Origin: Marsupella aquatica
Lineage: Eukaryota; Plantae; Marchantiophyta
Direction of reading: 5' to 3'
Length of the DNA: 64,000 bases
NCBI GenBank assembly: GCA_973895155.1
Contig: OZ316898.1
Location: forward strand, 2,703,927-2,767,926
Part shown: piece after piece, positions 1-10,681 of the stretch
How positions within the stretch are numbered: position 1 is the stretch's first letter
How the letters are laid out: each line of letters begins with the position of its first letter
Notes under the pieces: generated by a model
Seen by the model: the letters and a program-made list of their open reading frames with translations, nothing else
The model's database searches: none
What the model was told of the DNA's origin: nothing
Program-made: the position numbers and the translations under genes

Positions 1-401
1 CTATGGATGTGGATGAGCTGGAGCTACCTATTGCTGACCCTTCACTCCCTCCTCCATCCTCACCTACACCCCCTCTACCTGATCCCATTCTTTCCCCTAT
101 CCCTCCTACATTTTCACCTGAGCACCCTCCATCTCCTACCCCTGAGCCTTTACCCCCTTCACCAGTACCCCCTCCAGATCCATTTTCCTCTATTGAGGAT
201 ACCACCCTATCACCCCTTGATGATTCATTTTCCTCTCCTACCATGGAAGGAGATGAACCTATTCCTGAACCTATTCCCGAGACTGGGCCTGAGCCTGAGA
301 CTATAGAGCCTCCCAGTGTACCATTTATAGCTCCTACTCCTTTGATGTCTCAGCCTCCTATTGTCTCTTTTGTTGCCGACATTGAGCCTCTTTTTGTCTT
401 T

Positions 402-900
402 CACTAGTACATTTTTGGGCCTTTATTCGATAGGATTTACATCGGATCCCTTCAGGAAAATTGACGAAAAAATTTCTATCATCCGATGCAATTCCCAACG
501 CACTTTGCGATGCGTAAACCATCGCATATCGACCATCGGACTTCCATCGGACTTTCCGATATTTTGGACAATGGACATTCCGTTGTAACGTGTTACGGTC
601 CATATTTTATGTCCGATGTAAAATGAATCGGATAACTAACATGCGACGCACACGACAATTTCCTATGTCCGATACTATTTAGATCGGGATGTCCGATATA
701 TTTGATATGGAAATTTGCAAAGTAATTTTTATCGGACATTGCGTTATTTATAATAACGGAAAGTGCGTTAGTTTTTGTATCGGACTATCCAATATGTTTA
801 AGATGGGAACCTTGAAGGAGGGGTCCGATGCGTTGGGGATGGGAAAGTTTGAAGGCAGCAGCATCGGACACTGCTATATTACCGATACGGATGGTAACGG
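402..900. repeat. CACTA left TIR and subterminal repeat array (ATCGGA/TCCGAT motifs in both orientations)
   Basis: Many atcgga/tccgat copies, e.g. at 441, 482, 535, 547, 612, 627, 668, 692, 731, 779, 824, 863. Confidence 0.88.
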
Positions 901-1252
901 ACTTGCAATGGATTATCAAATGTTCTGGGGGTGGAATACAGGGTTTCATGGGTGGTTTTTTGGGGGTTTGGGTTTTGGTTTAGGGTTGAAGGTGACATAC
1001 ACCAATTAGGAACCAAAGATAATGCTATAAACACGAGGTCAAAATATCATATTCAAAAAGGGGATCACCCCAATATGTACAAAATGGATTAGGCCTACTG
1101 GGTAGACCCATCCTGGTCGTGATGGCACGATAGAAGATGTAAAGAGAGCTTTGACTAGAGACACACTGAGCTATATACAAGGTACCTCCTAGTGAGTGTC
1201 TAATCAAAGCTGTCTAGCACTAGATACCCGGCCACCTAAATGCAACTAACCT

Positions 1253-3632
1253 CTAAAAAGGTGTGTTGCGTCCCTTCTTCTTCTTTGGGCGAGAACGAAG
1301 GGGTGGTACAGGTCTAGCATCATGAGAGCCCTCCTCCCTCTGGCTGCCCACAACCGTGGCAGCCACCTGCTCACCAGATGGCATGGGTTGGCCTGATGCA
1401 GGCCTAGACCCTGACCCACTAGATGCACCGCTAGGGTGGTCAGGCAAGGTAGATGTCCCACCAACCCCCGACACGGAAGAGTGAAAGGATGCCTCAGCTC
1501 CTCCTGCAGACCTGCTAGAGTGATGGGATGGTGTGCCGACAGATCCTGTGGGTGGCCCATGTCGTGCTGTACTCCCACCAGACTCACAAGATGGTGCGCG
1601 CCCTCTAGATCCACCATCCGGCATGTCGCCACTACCTTGTCGGGAAGGGCCACCTGCACCAGATACTCCTACACGATCACCTCATCCCATGCCATCACCT
1701 CTACTACCCCCTGAGTGCCTGGGCCCCGCACCCCGTGATGCTCCAGAGCAATGGGAGCCCACACCATCAGCAACATGTGACCCACCCCTCCCTGCTGATG
1801 GGGCAACGGCACCAGATGGGGCAACAATACCTCGGACTTGAGGAGTAGGGGTGACTGTGGGCACCCTCCCCAACCCTGCCTCAACATCCTACTCAGAATC
1901 TGAGTCCAACTCCTCCGACCCAGACCCCTCCTCATCCTGTGCAATAGGGTTTAATTGCAGTTAGAATGAATGGTCCCGACCATAACTCTAACAAATTCAT
2001 GACAACCTTAAACATTATATCACCCTAGGGTGAACACTTACCTCTCCCAACTCATCCTCAAGGTGGCGCTTTAGAGCGCGGGGTCCATGCGTCTTTGCCA
2101 AATTCCTCTCCAACGGCGCAATAGGGCGACCATACTCCCGCTCCTAAAATTTAAAGATCCAAACCATAGAGGCCAGGTTAATATCAAATCTAGTATTAGC
2201 GTGCCCTACCCTAAACCAAGCCACCCTACATAGCCCTAATGTAACCTTAAACCATAGTTCACCCTAACTTATACTCTACCCTAGTAAAAAATTAACGTTA
2301 AGTACGGTCATTCAAAAATTTAAATGTTTTGCCGAGGGGTCCGATGCAAAGTCCGATACATCCTGCATCGGACGTCTATCGGATGCGTAATAAGAAAAAT
2401 GGCATGACACGGTGTCCGATGCTGCTTCCGATGCAAAACCTATCGGATGAGTATCGGAAAGAACAGGCCCGAGAGCAAAAATGAGTTTTGCAAAGGGTTT
2501 AAACAAAAGACATAAGGCACAAACAACTCATTCTTCGTGCGAGGAGTCAGGTGATCAGGGAGTCGAGGTGGGGAGGAGAGGGAGGGCACTTACAAACTCA
2601 GCCTTCAATCGATTGGAGCCACCTTGCCCATCCGGTGAGTGATGGTTGGCCTCCCTTGCACTCTCTCCAATGCTGCTATGATGTGCCTTGGTGGTTTGGG
2701 GAGTCTTGCTGCCTTAGCTGCCCATTGTTGCAGGTTCTGTTGAAGGGGGAGGATATCAACATTCTCCCCAGCCTTTCGCTTCTCCTCTGCCAGCCTAATT
2801 TCGTTGTCCCAATGTCTTCTTATCAGCCAGGCACGGACTGAGAGTTCCTCCTCAAGCCAAGCCGCCCACTCATCCGAGGAAACATCGTCTGGACAACCCT
2901 CCTCCCTGATCACCTCTGCATCCACTGCCATATCTCCAAGGTACTTTCTGAATTTCTCTCGCTGATGATTGCGCATGTCTGAGAGTGATGCTGAAATTTG
3001 TTTGTTTAGGAACTTGTCATCAATGTAGGCCCCGTTCCTGAACCGTTCCTTCACCTGCTCTCTGATTCTCAATCTCTCTTCCTCCTTCTTGCCCCAGTAA
3101 TCCAGTGGCCCCAAATTGGCCCTCAACACCTGCTTGAATTGGCTTCGGAATAGATGGTAGCTCTTAGGCAATGGACCACCACCCGAATTGAGAGCTAGCT
3201 CAGGCCTGAGAGCTCTCTCTGCCTCCTTTCGCCTCTGCTCCTCCAATCACACCTTCTCAATTGCCCTAGCTTCTTTTCGAAGCTTATTCTCTCATTTTCT
3301 TGGAGACAGTGTCTCCTCTGCATCCCCCTTGCCTCTCTTTGCCTCTTTCTTCCTCTTCTTTGCCTCCTTCTCACTTGCAATGCTTGCAGCAGCAGTCTTC
3401 TCTGCCTCACGCCGAGAGGCATCAATCAGCGTTTGGAGTGGGACTACTCTCTCTGCGTCCTCCACACTCAGCCCTGCCTTGGCCACAAAAATGTCCCTCA
3501 TAACTTCATTGTATGGCTGGGACGGTCCCCCTTGCTCTCCACCACCACCTGACCCCCCTTCGTCTCCCCCACCACCTGATCCCCCGCCCCCCTCCATCTC
3601 TCCTCCTCCTTCAAGCTCTCCTCCTTGATCCA
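1253..3632 (-). pseudogene. CACTA second gene (TnpA/Ptta Transposase_24-like), multi-exon, with nonsense codons and frameshifts
   Basis: Gly-rich then Lys/Glu-rich N-terminus, followed by ...SDMRNHQREKFRKYL...GCPDDVSSDEWAAWLEEE...RVQGRPTITHRMGK, which resembles the Ptta/TnpA pattern. In-frame TGA at 3292-3294 and 3247-3249. GTAAGT donors near 2593 and 2040. Small exon ~2041-2143 (EREYGRPIAPLERNLAKTHGPRALKRHLEDELGE). Last exon ends in a basic PKKKKGRNTPF tail. Confidence 0.62.
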
Positions 3633-4239
3633 GCTTCAAAAATTTGAAAAACACCAAGTGCAAAACGGGGCCCGACGCGCGGGTCTTTGCACCTGCATCG
3701 ATTCTTTTTTCCAAAACAAAACCTGCTGCTTCCGATTCATTTTGTTTCGGACTTTGCAAAACCAAAGGTATCGGACACGCAATCGGACTTTCCGAAACTA
3801 TCTGCTTCGGACCCCTCGTCCTTTTCTTGTGGCCGTGTATTTACCAAGTGTGGCCCGTTTCCTATTGCATCGGACCCCTCATGAAGTTATATCGGATACC
3901 TCTTGGCTTTCCCAAAGGGGGTCCAATATAATGTTTTGAATTTGGGTTGGGTATGGGATTGGAGGGTTTAGAGTATAATTTAGGATATTTATGTTTTGTA
4001 TGGGGTAAGGGCACATGGTTGGAGTTATTATTTGCTTTCATATTTGAATCCGCGTTTTGTAGGGCTCTACATATGTGAACGGGACAGTGAACGTGTCATG
4101 CATGTAGAGGGACCTCTTGCAAGTTTCTTTGTTGCGGAGAACAAATTTTGGGGTTTGTACCAGACTATGTAATTTTTTTGATAAGCTATGGTCTTGCATG
4201 CTTAATATATTGGGCTCTAATTAATGATGCAATTGTGTA

Positions 4240-4975
4240 TAGAGTCTTGGTGTTTTAGGGGTGGTTACGTTGTGGTGATGGGAACTCAATACTATGATAT
4301 GTAATATAGGATCAAGAAAATACTACAAGAAGTTTTTGTATGAACCATTTTCGGGTGAAAGCCTTTTGTTTCATTTCTTTATAGGGGATTATGGGTGTAC
4401 ATAGAGGTTTTATTAGTATAACATTATACCTTTTGTTAGGATAATATTAAACCCCTTCATTAGGCTAATCTTTGTGTTTGGATTTGATGTGTAGTACCTT
4501 GCTTTTGGAGGGGTGGTTAACTTTTTTTGAGGGGGTAGGGAGGTTTCAATTTTGGACAATGCACTATGCATGAAACTGTGCATCCAGGAGGTATGATGTC
4601 CTCTTGCAAGTTCCTTGCAAGTTTAGGGATGGTTGTGGTGATGGGAACTCAATACTATGATATATGATAGATAAAATACTACAAGAAGTTTTTGTACGAA
4701 CCATTTCTTGGTGAAAGCTATTTGAATCATTTCTTTGGAGGGGTTTATGGGCTTAGGGTTATGGGGTTTTACTAGGATAAGGTTACACCTTTTCTTAGGA
4801 TAAGGTTCAACCTCCATATATTAGCTAGGCTAATGGTTGTGTTGGATTTGATGCACAGTACCTTGCGTTTGGAGGGGTGGTTCAATGTTTGTGAGGGGGT
4901 AGATAGGGTTTGTTTTGGACAATGCACTATGCATAGTGTGAGACCGCGCATCCAGGAGGTATGATGTCCCCGCTT
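4240..4975. repeat. Two diverged ~365-bp tandem copies in the CACTA region between the divergent genes
   Basis: gttgtggtgatgggaactcaatactatgatat at ~4269 and ~4632. ttttggacaatgcactatgca at ~4550 and ~4913. catccaggaggtatgatgtcc at ~4581 and ~4949. Confidence 0.8.
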
Positions 4976-5262
4976 CACGAGCCGCATCATTTACACTTAA
5001 TTTGTATGTTGGAATTTTTTTATATGTGGTGTGTTCTTCCTACACTCTTTCGCACTTACAGATTATGTAATTATGCTCATTAGCAAAATGCTCACCCATA
5101 TATGCAGAGATTTTGGATGTCCCACACCTTGTGTGTAGAAAATACGACACAGTAGGCTGGCAAAGCGCGGGTATCATTGAGGTACAACAGGACTTTTGTA
5201 TCTCATGCATTAATTAATTCTATTTTGATACTCCAACACTTGTCTTCTTTTATGCAGCTTAC

Positions 5263-5523
5263 ATGAATTCAGAGTGTACTTCATGCATGCAGATGTCTAC
5301 TTCTGATAGTTCCACGTCAGATTCAGACTCAGACACAAGCTCGTCTGAGGGGGAGGTTCCTCCACCCCCTCCTCCAGATCATCCTCGTGCTCCACTAGGA
5401 CCCATACCTTGCTGGTGTGTGAGATGTAAGGGACTTGTGGTTCGACATGCGTGGGAGACTTGTGAGCACATCGAGAACTATGGCCGCCACGAGGGTGATA
5501 TGCCAGGGTATTTGCCTAGCCAG
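5263..5523 (+). CDS. First coding exon: Ser/Asp-rich stretch plus CACTA transposase-associated zinc-binding domain
   Basis: IPCWCVRCKGLVVRHAWETCEHIENYG matches the CxC-x2-C...H..G pattern at the N-terminus of plant CACTA transposases. Upstream tatgcag acceptor at 5257. Phase-0 donor CAG|GTAC at 5523/5524. Confidence 0.75.
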
Positions 5524-5661
5524 GTACAGATATGTTTATGTCCCCTATTCATTCCATGTATGCATTCCAATTTAGGGTATTGCTTAATTATCTTGCATTT
5601 ACATCCTGGCACTACTTAATTTATTGATTTGTGTAAAACCATTGTACGTGTGTTGAAATAG

Positions 5662-6618
5662 GTGCCTCGTAGGCCCCCACCTCCTTTGGTTCCTAAAGCT
5701 GTGTGGTTGGAAGGGTTTCTAGCAAGGGCCAGGGAGTTGCTTGCAGTTCCTCCTGCCCAGATGCCTCTTAGCCCACCTGCTCCTATCCCCACTCCCGTGC
5801 CCACACATGAGCATGTAGAGGGGGAACCGGTCTCTCGGCCCGAGGTTGTGACTACTAGGGTCCTACGTACACGACCACGATCTGGTAGACGTAGACGGCA
5901 GTATGGACCACTGGACCAGGTAGACAGACGAGAGGAGGTGTTAGGTACTAGTGATCGACCAGCCGGTAACGTAGATTATATTTGCGTTGAGGGCAGGTTT
6001 GGACTATCCTATCTCACTGGTAGGGCTGCCGAAGTTTTGAAGGACTTTTCTCCAAGTCTCTTCAAATTTCCAGATTTTATTCCTACAGATGAACCAGTTC
6101 AGATATGGGGTCGCCCTTGGATAGTGAAGGCATCCTCTATTGGTCCTGATATAGGATATGGTCTTTTTGCTTTAGAGGATATTGTGGTCCCTCCAAAGCC
6201 ATGGAGACGTGGTTATGATGGAGAGCACCTCTTTCCTTACATTGGGGCTGTATATAACTCCAAGAGTTGGAATATTTTGTTGCGTCAACACCCAAGTTGG
6301 GGGGTGTATGCATTGAGGATGGACTCAGACCCGGATGAGGTCTTCACTAGGCCATGGCATTGCCGGATGATTGATGGTGACCCTATTCGGAACGGTAATT
6401 TAGCAGGGTACATCAATAGTACCACAGGTAGAGATAAAGGTTTGGAGGCTAATGTAGAGTGGATTCAAATGTTTGGTCCACCTAGACATCCATATTTTGT
6501 GAAACATATGGACGACCATATCATGACAGTAGCTGTTAGGACCATTAGAGCTGGTGAGGAGTTATTGTGTGAGTATGAGTGGGATGCACCAAAATTGTCC
6601 TTGCATTGTCGTCCATGA
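5662..6618 (+). CDS. SET-domain protein (putative lysine methyltransferase), terminal exon inside the CACTA element
   Basis: All four SET motifs in order: VKASSIGPDIGYGLFALEDI (GxG, ~6121), FPYIG (YxG), DGDPIRNGNLAGYINST...ANV (motif III), VRTIRAGEELLCEYEW (motif IV, Tyr at 6574). Phase-0 acceptor aaatag|GTG at 5661/5662. Frame open for 318 codons. Confidence 0.85.
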   Translation: MPRRPPPPLVPKAVWLEGFLARARELLAVPPAQMPLSPPAPIPTPVPTHEHVEGEPVSRPEVVTTRVLRTRPRSGRRRRQYGPLDQVDRREEVLGTSDRPAGNVDYICVEGRFGLSYLTGRAAEVLKDFSPSLFKFPDFIPTDEPVQIWGRPWIVKASSIGPDIGYGLFALEDIVVPPKPWRRGYDGEHLFPYIGAVYNSKSWNILLRQHPSWGVYALRMDSDPDEVFTRPWHCRMIDGDPIRNGNLAGYINSTTGRDKGLEANVEWIQMFGPPRHPYFVKHMDDHIMTVAVRTIRAGEELLCEYEWDAPKLSLHCRP

Positions 6619-6740
6619 TAGTTTCTTGGACTTACATATTGTATATATATATGTCAGTTTATTTTACATGTTTACATGAGAATGATGTTGTTCAACAGTG
6701 CATGTGTTGATGAGATTAATTAATTGATGTTGTATGATAG

Positions 6741-9700
6741 AATCAATATGTAACGCCTGATATTGGGGTAATATCACGAGCTATGCGACAACACCTTGTT
6801 GAGGCCATGGTGGCCAACCGTGGGCATGAACCGGAAAGGCAAGAGGATGGGGTACGACATGATGGTGATGATCCTATCCAAGACCATCTTGATGAGGAGA
6901 GGGCCATGGATGAGCTCATGGACCAATTCTATGATGATCACGATGACATTGGTTTGGAGGACATTGGTTCAACCCATGAAAGGACTAGTCATCCACATCC
7001 TTCTAGGGGGTCCCGAGACAAGCAATGGGAGGAGGCGCAACGTCATGCCTGTACTCGCATATCGAGGGGAGTAGGTTATCTCGGCTCTCATCAATAATGT
7101 TGTTGCTCAACTTGCAGCAAAGACATGGGGCAAGCAATCTACTTTTGGATGATGTTTTCCGTACCTTGCATGATCGTATTTTGCCAGTAGGCAATGCATT
7201 GCCAACCTCTTGGAAAGAGGCTAAACAGGTGTTGAGGTCCATTGGCCTGAAGTATGAGGTGATACATGCATGTGTGGATGATTGCATTCTTTTTAGGGGT
7301 GAGCATGAAAATACCACTACATGTCCTAAATGTCAGAAGCCACGGTACCGTGATGACATGTTGACGGGGAAGGTACCGCAAAAGGTTATGAGGTACTTTC
7401 CTCTTATCCCTCGATTGCGACATCAATTTCGATGTGTAGAGTTGGCTGAGATGATGGTATGGCACTCACAAAATTGTTCTGATATGGCTGTACCCTCTAG
7501 TGCCATGCGGATGATGGTTGACTCTCCTGCCAATCAATTTGTAGAGGATAGATGGGGAGAGTTCAAAATTGACCCACGACATGTTCGACTAGGCTTGGCA
7601 GTAGACGGTATCAGCCCTTTTGCATTGACAGGAAAAGCCAAACCATATTCGGTGTGGCCAGTAGTGTTGAAAAACTACAACATCCCTCCTTGGATGGCCA
7701 TGAAGAAAGGTCACCTACTACTCTCCATGATTATTCCGGGTCCTAAGCAAGTTAAAAAGATTGATGTGTACTTGTAGCCATTGATTGATGAGTTGATACA
7801 ACTGTGGAGAGGAGTGGATTGTTATGATGGACGTCACAACACAGGAGGTTTATCCCGCATATTTACTCTAAAGGCCATCCTTATGTGGACCATGCATGAT
7901 TTACCAGGTATGGTAAACCCTTATTTCCTCTAGTACCTAAACGCCTTGATGAACCTTATTTTATGAATGTGTTTTCTATGCACTGGGCAGGGTTTGGATA
8001 TGTTTCTGGATTGCAAACATCAGGCTATCGAGCTTGCTCTACATGTGGACCCGATTTGGAGGGGGTGGCCAGGCCCAATTAGTCAAGTACTCTGCAAAAA
8101 ATTGTTTACATTGGTCATACTAAATATCTTCCACCAGACCATCCTTGGAGGAGTGATCCATTCCTTTATGATACTGATGAGGGCCAACCTGATATTCGTC
8201 CTCAACCTCAGCGGAAGGATCCAGCATATTGGAGAGAGGTATGGGGGAGAGTTCAGGATCCGAGTGATCTATTACCATTATTCAGATGTGGCATGACCCG
8301 TTTGTCTGCATTGTCACAATTGCCATATTGGTCAGATATGCCCATTAATCACTTGTTAGACCCTATGCACATTGAGGGGAATGTGGGGAAATCATTGATT
8401 CGCCATCTATATGGGGAGAAAAATAACAATTGGAGAGAAAGTTGTGAGGAGATGGGGATGCATGGTCTTTTGGGTTTTTGGCCATCTTTGGACTCCCTGG
8501 TGCTCCCCCTAGTATCCATCCTCCTTGGGTTTTGACAAGGGCAGAGCGCATTGAGTTTCGCAGACGTATTGGGTTGATGAGGTTTCCCACAGGTTATGGT
8601 ACCAATCTTTGGAAGGCATTTGGGGGGAGAATTCTCCAAAATGGCCATCTTTCTTGAAGACACATGATTATCATCGGTTGCTTGAACATGTTCTTCCAGT
8701 TGCTATTATTGGATTGGGTAGTGAGGAACTTTGTGATGCCCTTTGGTCATTGGGTAAGCTCTTAAGATGGGTATGTCAAAAGGAGGTACAGGAGGATGAC
8801 ATTGCTGCTATGGAGATATTTGGAGTAGAGGTTGTCTGCAAGTTGGAGAAGGCACTCCCTCCCTCATTCTTTGATGGTCAGGTTCATTTCCTCATACATT
8901 TAGTGCGCGAGGTTGCAATTGCAGGCCCAGTACATTGTTGATGGATGTATTGGGTAGAGCGTTATATGGGGGTGATGAAGTCATATGTCTTTAATCGCGC
9001 TAGGGTGGAAGGTAGCATTGCGGAGCGTCATCTTGGAGCAGAGAGTATGTTTTACTGTACAAACATAGTTGCCACACTAGATCCTAGTGCTCCTAGGGGA
9101 TGGATAGATGAGGCGGCACGAGAGGCTGACTATGAGGATGATAGACTCACTGGGGCATCTGGAGAGCGTCTCATAGGCTCAGCAGAGCGTTTACAGCTCA
9201 TAACATTTATGTTGTATAACTCACCCGAGGTTGTCGGGGAGTGGACAACATTTTATGAGGAGGAGAAGCAAAACAGTCGACGCCCACGGTTATTTCCCAA
9301 GTTTCACCCATACATGAAGGAGAAGTTGTTAGAAGTGGATGCCCTGGTGGGTACCGGGGAGAGTGTATTACACTACCCAAACGTGACAGATAAACTTCGT
9401 ACCTTGATTCATGGTCCACTACTTATAGTCACGACTCGGACTGCCATGTGGTCAAAGGGGAGACATTTTCGTGTGGAACGACTTGATGAGAAGAGGGCAG
9501 CTACACAGGATTGTGGGGTGATGGGTTGGTTCACCCAAGATTCCCAGAGTAGCATGTCAGACATGAATCCCATTCGCTCCACTGTGGCCCATTATGGGAA
9601 GATTGAGGAGATCCTAACAGTGAAGTACCATGCACATACTACTTTGGAGGAAGTGGTATTCAAGTGCAAATGGTTCAAGATGAATCTTGTAGGCCACAAT

Positions 9701-9952
9701 CGTACTTGTGAAGATGATGCATGCGGTTTTACTCGTTTGAAGACATCCGCAAATAGTGTCATCAGTTCCAACTGGAGGTCCTCAGATCCCTTTGCCTTCC
9801 CACATCACCTTGAGCAATGCTTTTACCTACCCTATCCCAATGACCCCAAGTGGTCCATTGTCATGCCGTATATTCCCAGATCACGGTCCATAGTCCAAGA
9901 GAGACCCAACGTAGTTGTAGTGGAAGATAGAGACATACCCCCCACGAGTTAG
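6741..9952 (+). pseudogene. CACTA TnpD-type transposase (Transposase_21/Tnp2 + DUF4218 + DUF4216), inactivated
   Basis: Motifs: YEVIHACVDDCILFRG..TCPKC, MRYFPLIPRL, RLGLAVDGISPF..YSVWPV..YNIPPW, WTMHDLPG, DPMHIEGN, LKTHDYH, PPSFFDGQVH, MYWVERYM, FKCKWF..DPFAF. Intron 7908-7990 (GT..AG). Lesions: frameshift ~7040, TAG 7775, TAG 8080, frameshifts ~8470 and ~8625, TGA 8939. Confidence 0.93.
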
Positions 9953-10164
9953 TATAAATTGTAGACCCCACCATCTTCATGTATATTTTTACCGGCACTA
10001 TCTTTTTATCGGCATTCTATGATTTTTCTAATTGTCCACAATTTCATGCAGTATACATATCTATTGCTTAAAGTATGCCCCATATCTGAATCCATCAATT
10101 CCATGCAACCTATACATTGTAAAACACTAAAGTCCCATATATATGTCCCATTCAAATACCACCG

Positions 10165-10681
10165 GAAACATATCGGACACACATCAGTACTGCCAAAGCA
10201 AAAATCCCCTTCCCATCCTCAAAGTATCGGATTTTCCGATACTATGACAATCGGAAGCCACTATCTGATACTCCACAGATCGGACGCTTAAGGCCGCAGC
10301 CGAGGAGGGGTCCGATAGAAATTTCAATGGATAGTAATCGATACCTCAGCCTTCGCAAATGATTTCCGTTGTAACTAGTATCGCAAAAATATGTCCGATA
10401 CATTTTGTATCGGTAAATGTCCGAAACCAAACCTATCGGAATTAACTTTCGATACTATTATTATCGGACGTCTGAAAAATATGTCGGCTCTCAATTTGCG
10501 ATACAGGATGTTTTGGACATTGTCCGATATGATGGGTATTGGATAAAGTTTTTGATACAAAACATATCGGATAATAATGTCCGATTTGGGTAGTATCGGA
10601 AGTTTTCCGTTGTGTTTAGTATCGGGCGCGTTGAGAAACGCATGTTTTTAGTATCGGAAAAGTGCCTAAAATATACTAGTG
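10165..10681. repeat. CACTA right subterminal repeat array and TIR
   Basis: Dense atcgga/tccgat motifs from 10170 to 10660, ending in ...tactagtg. Confidence 0.88.

Larger units (their letters stand above)
402..10681. mobile_element. Full-length CACTA (En/Spm) DNA transposon, ~10.3 kb, with decayed transposase, TnpA-like gene and SET-domain cargo
   Basis: Left end CACTAGTACATTTT at 402. Right end AAAATATACTAGTG at 10681 (reverse complement CACTAGTATATTTT). 3-bp TSD TTT at 399-401 and 10682-10684. Dense ATCGG/CCGAT subterminal repeats at both ends. Internal En/Spm transposase motifs. Confidence 0.96.
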
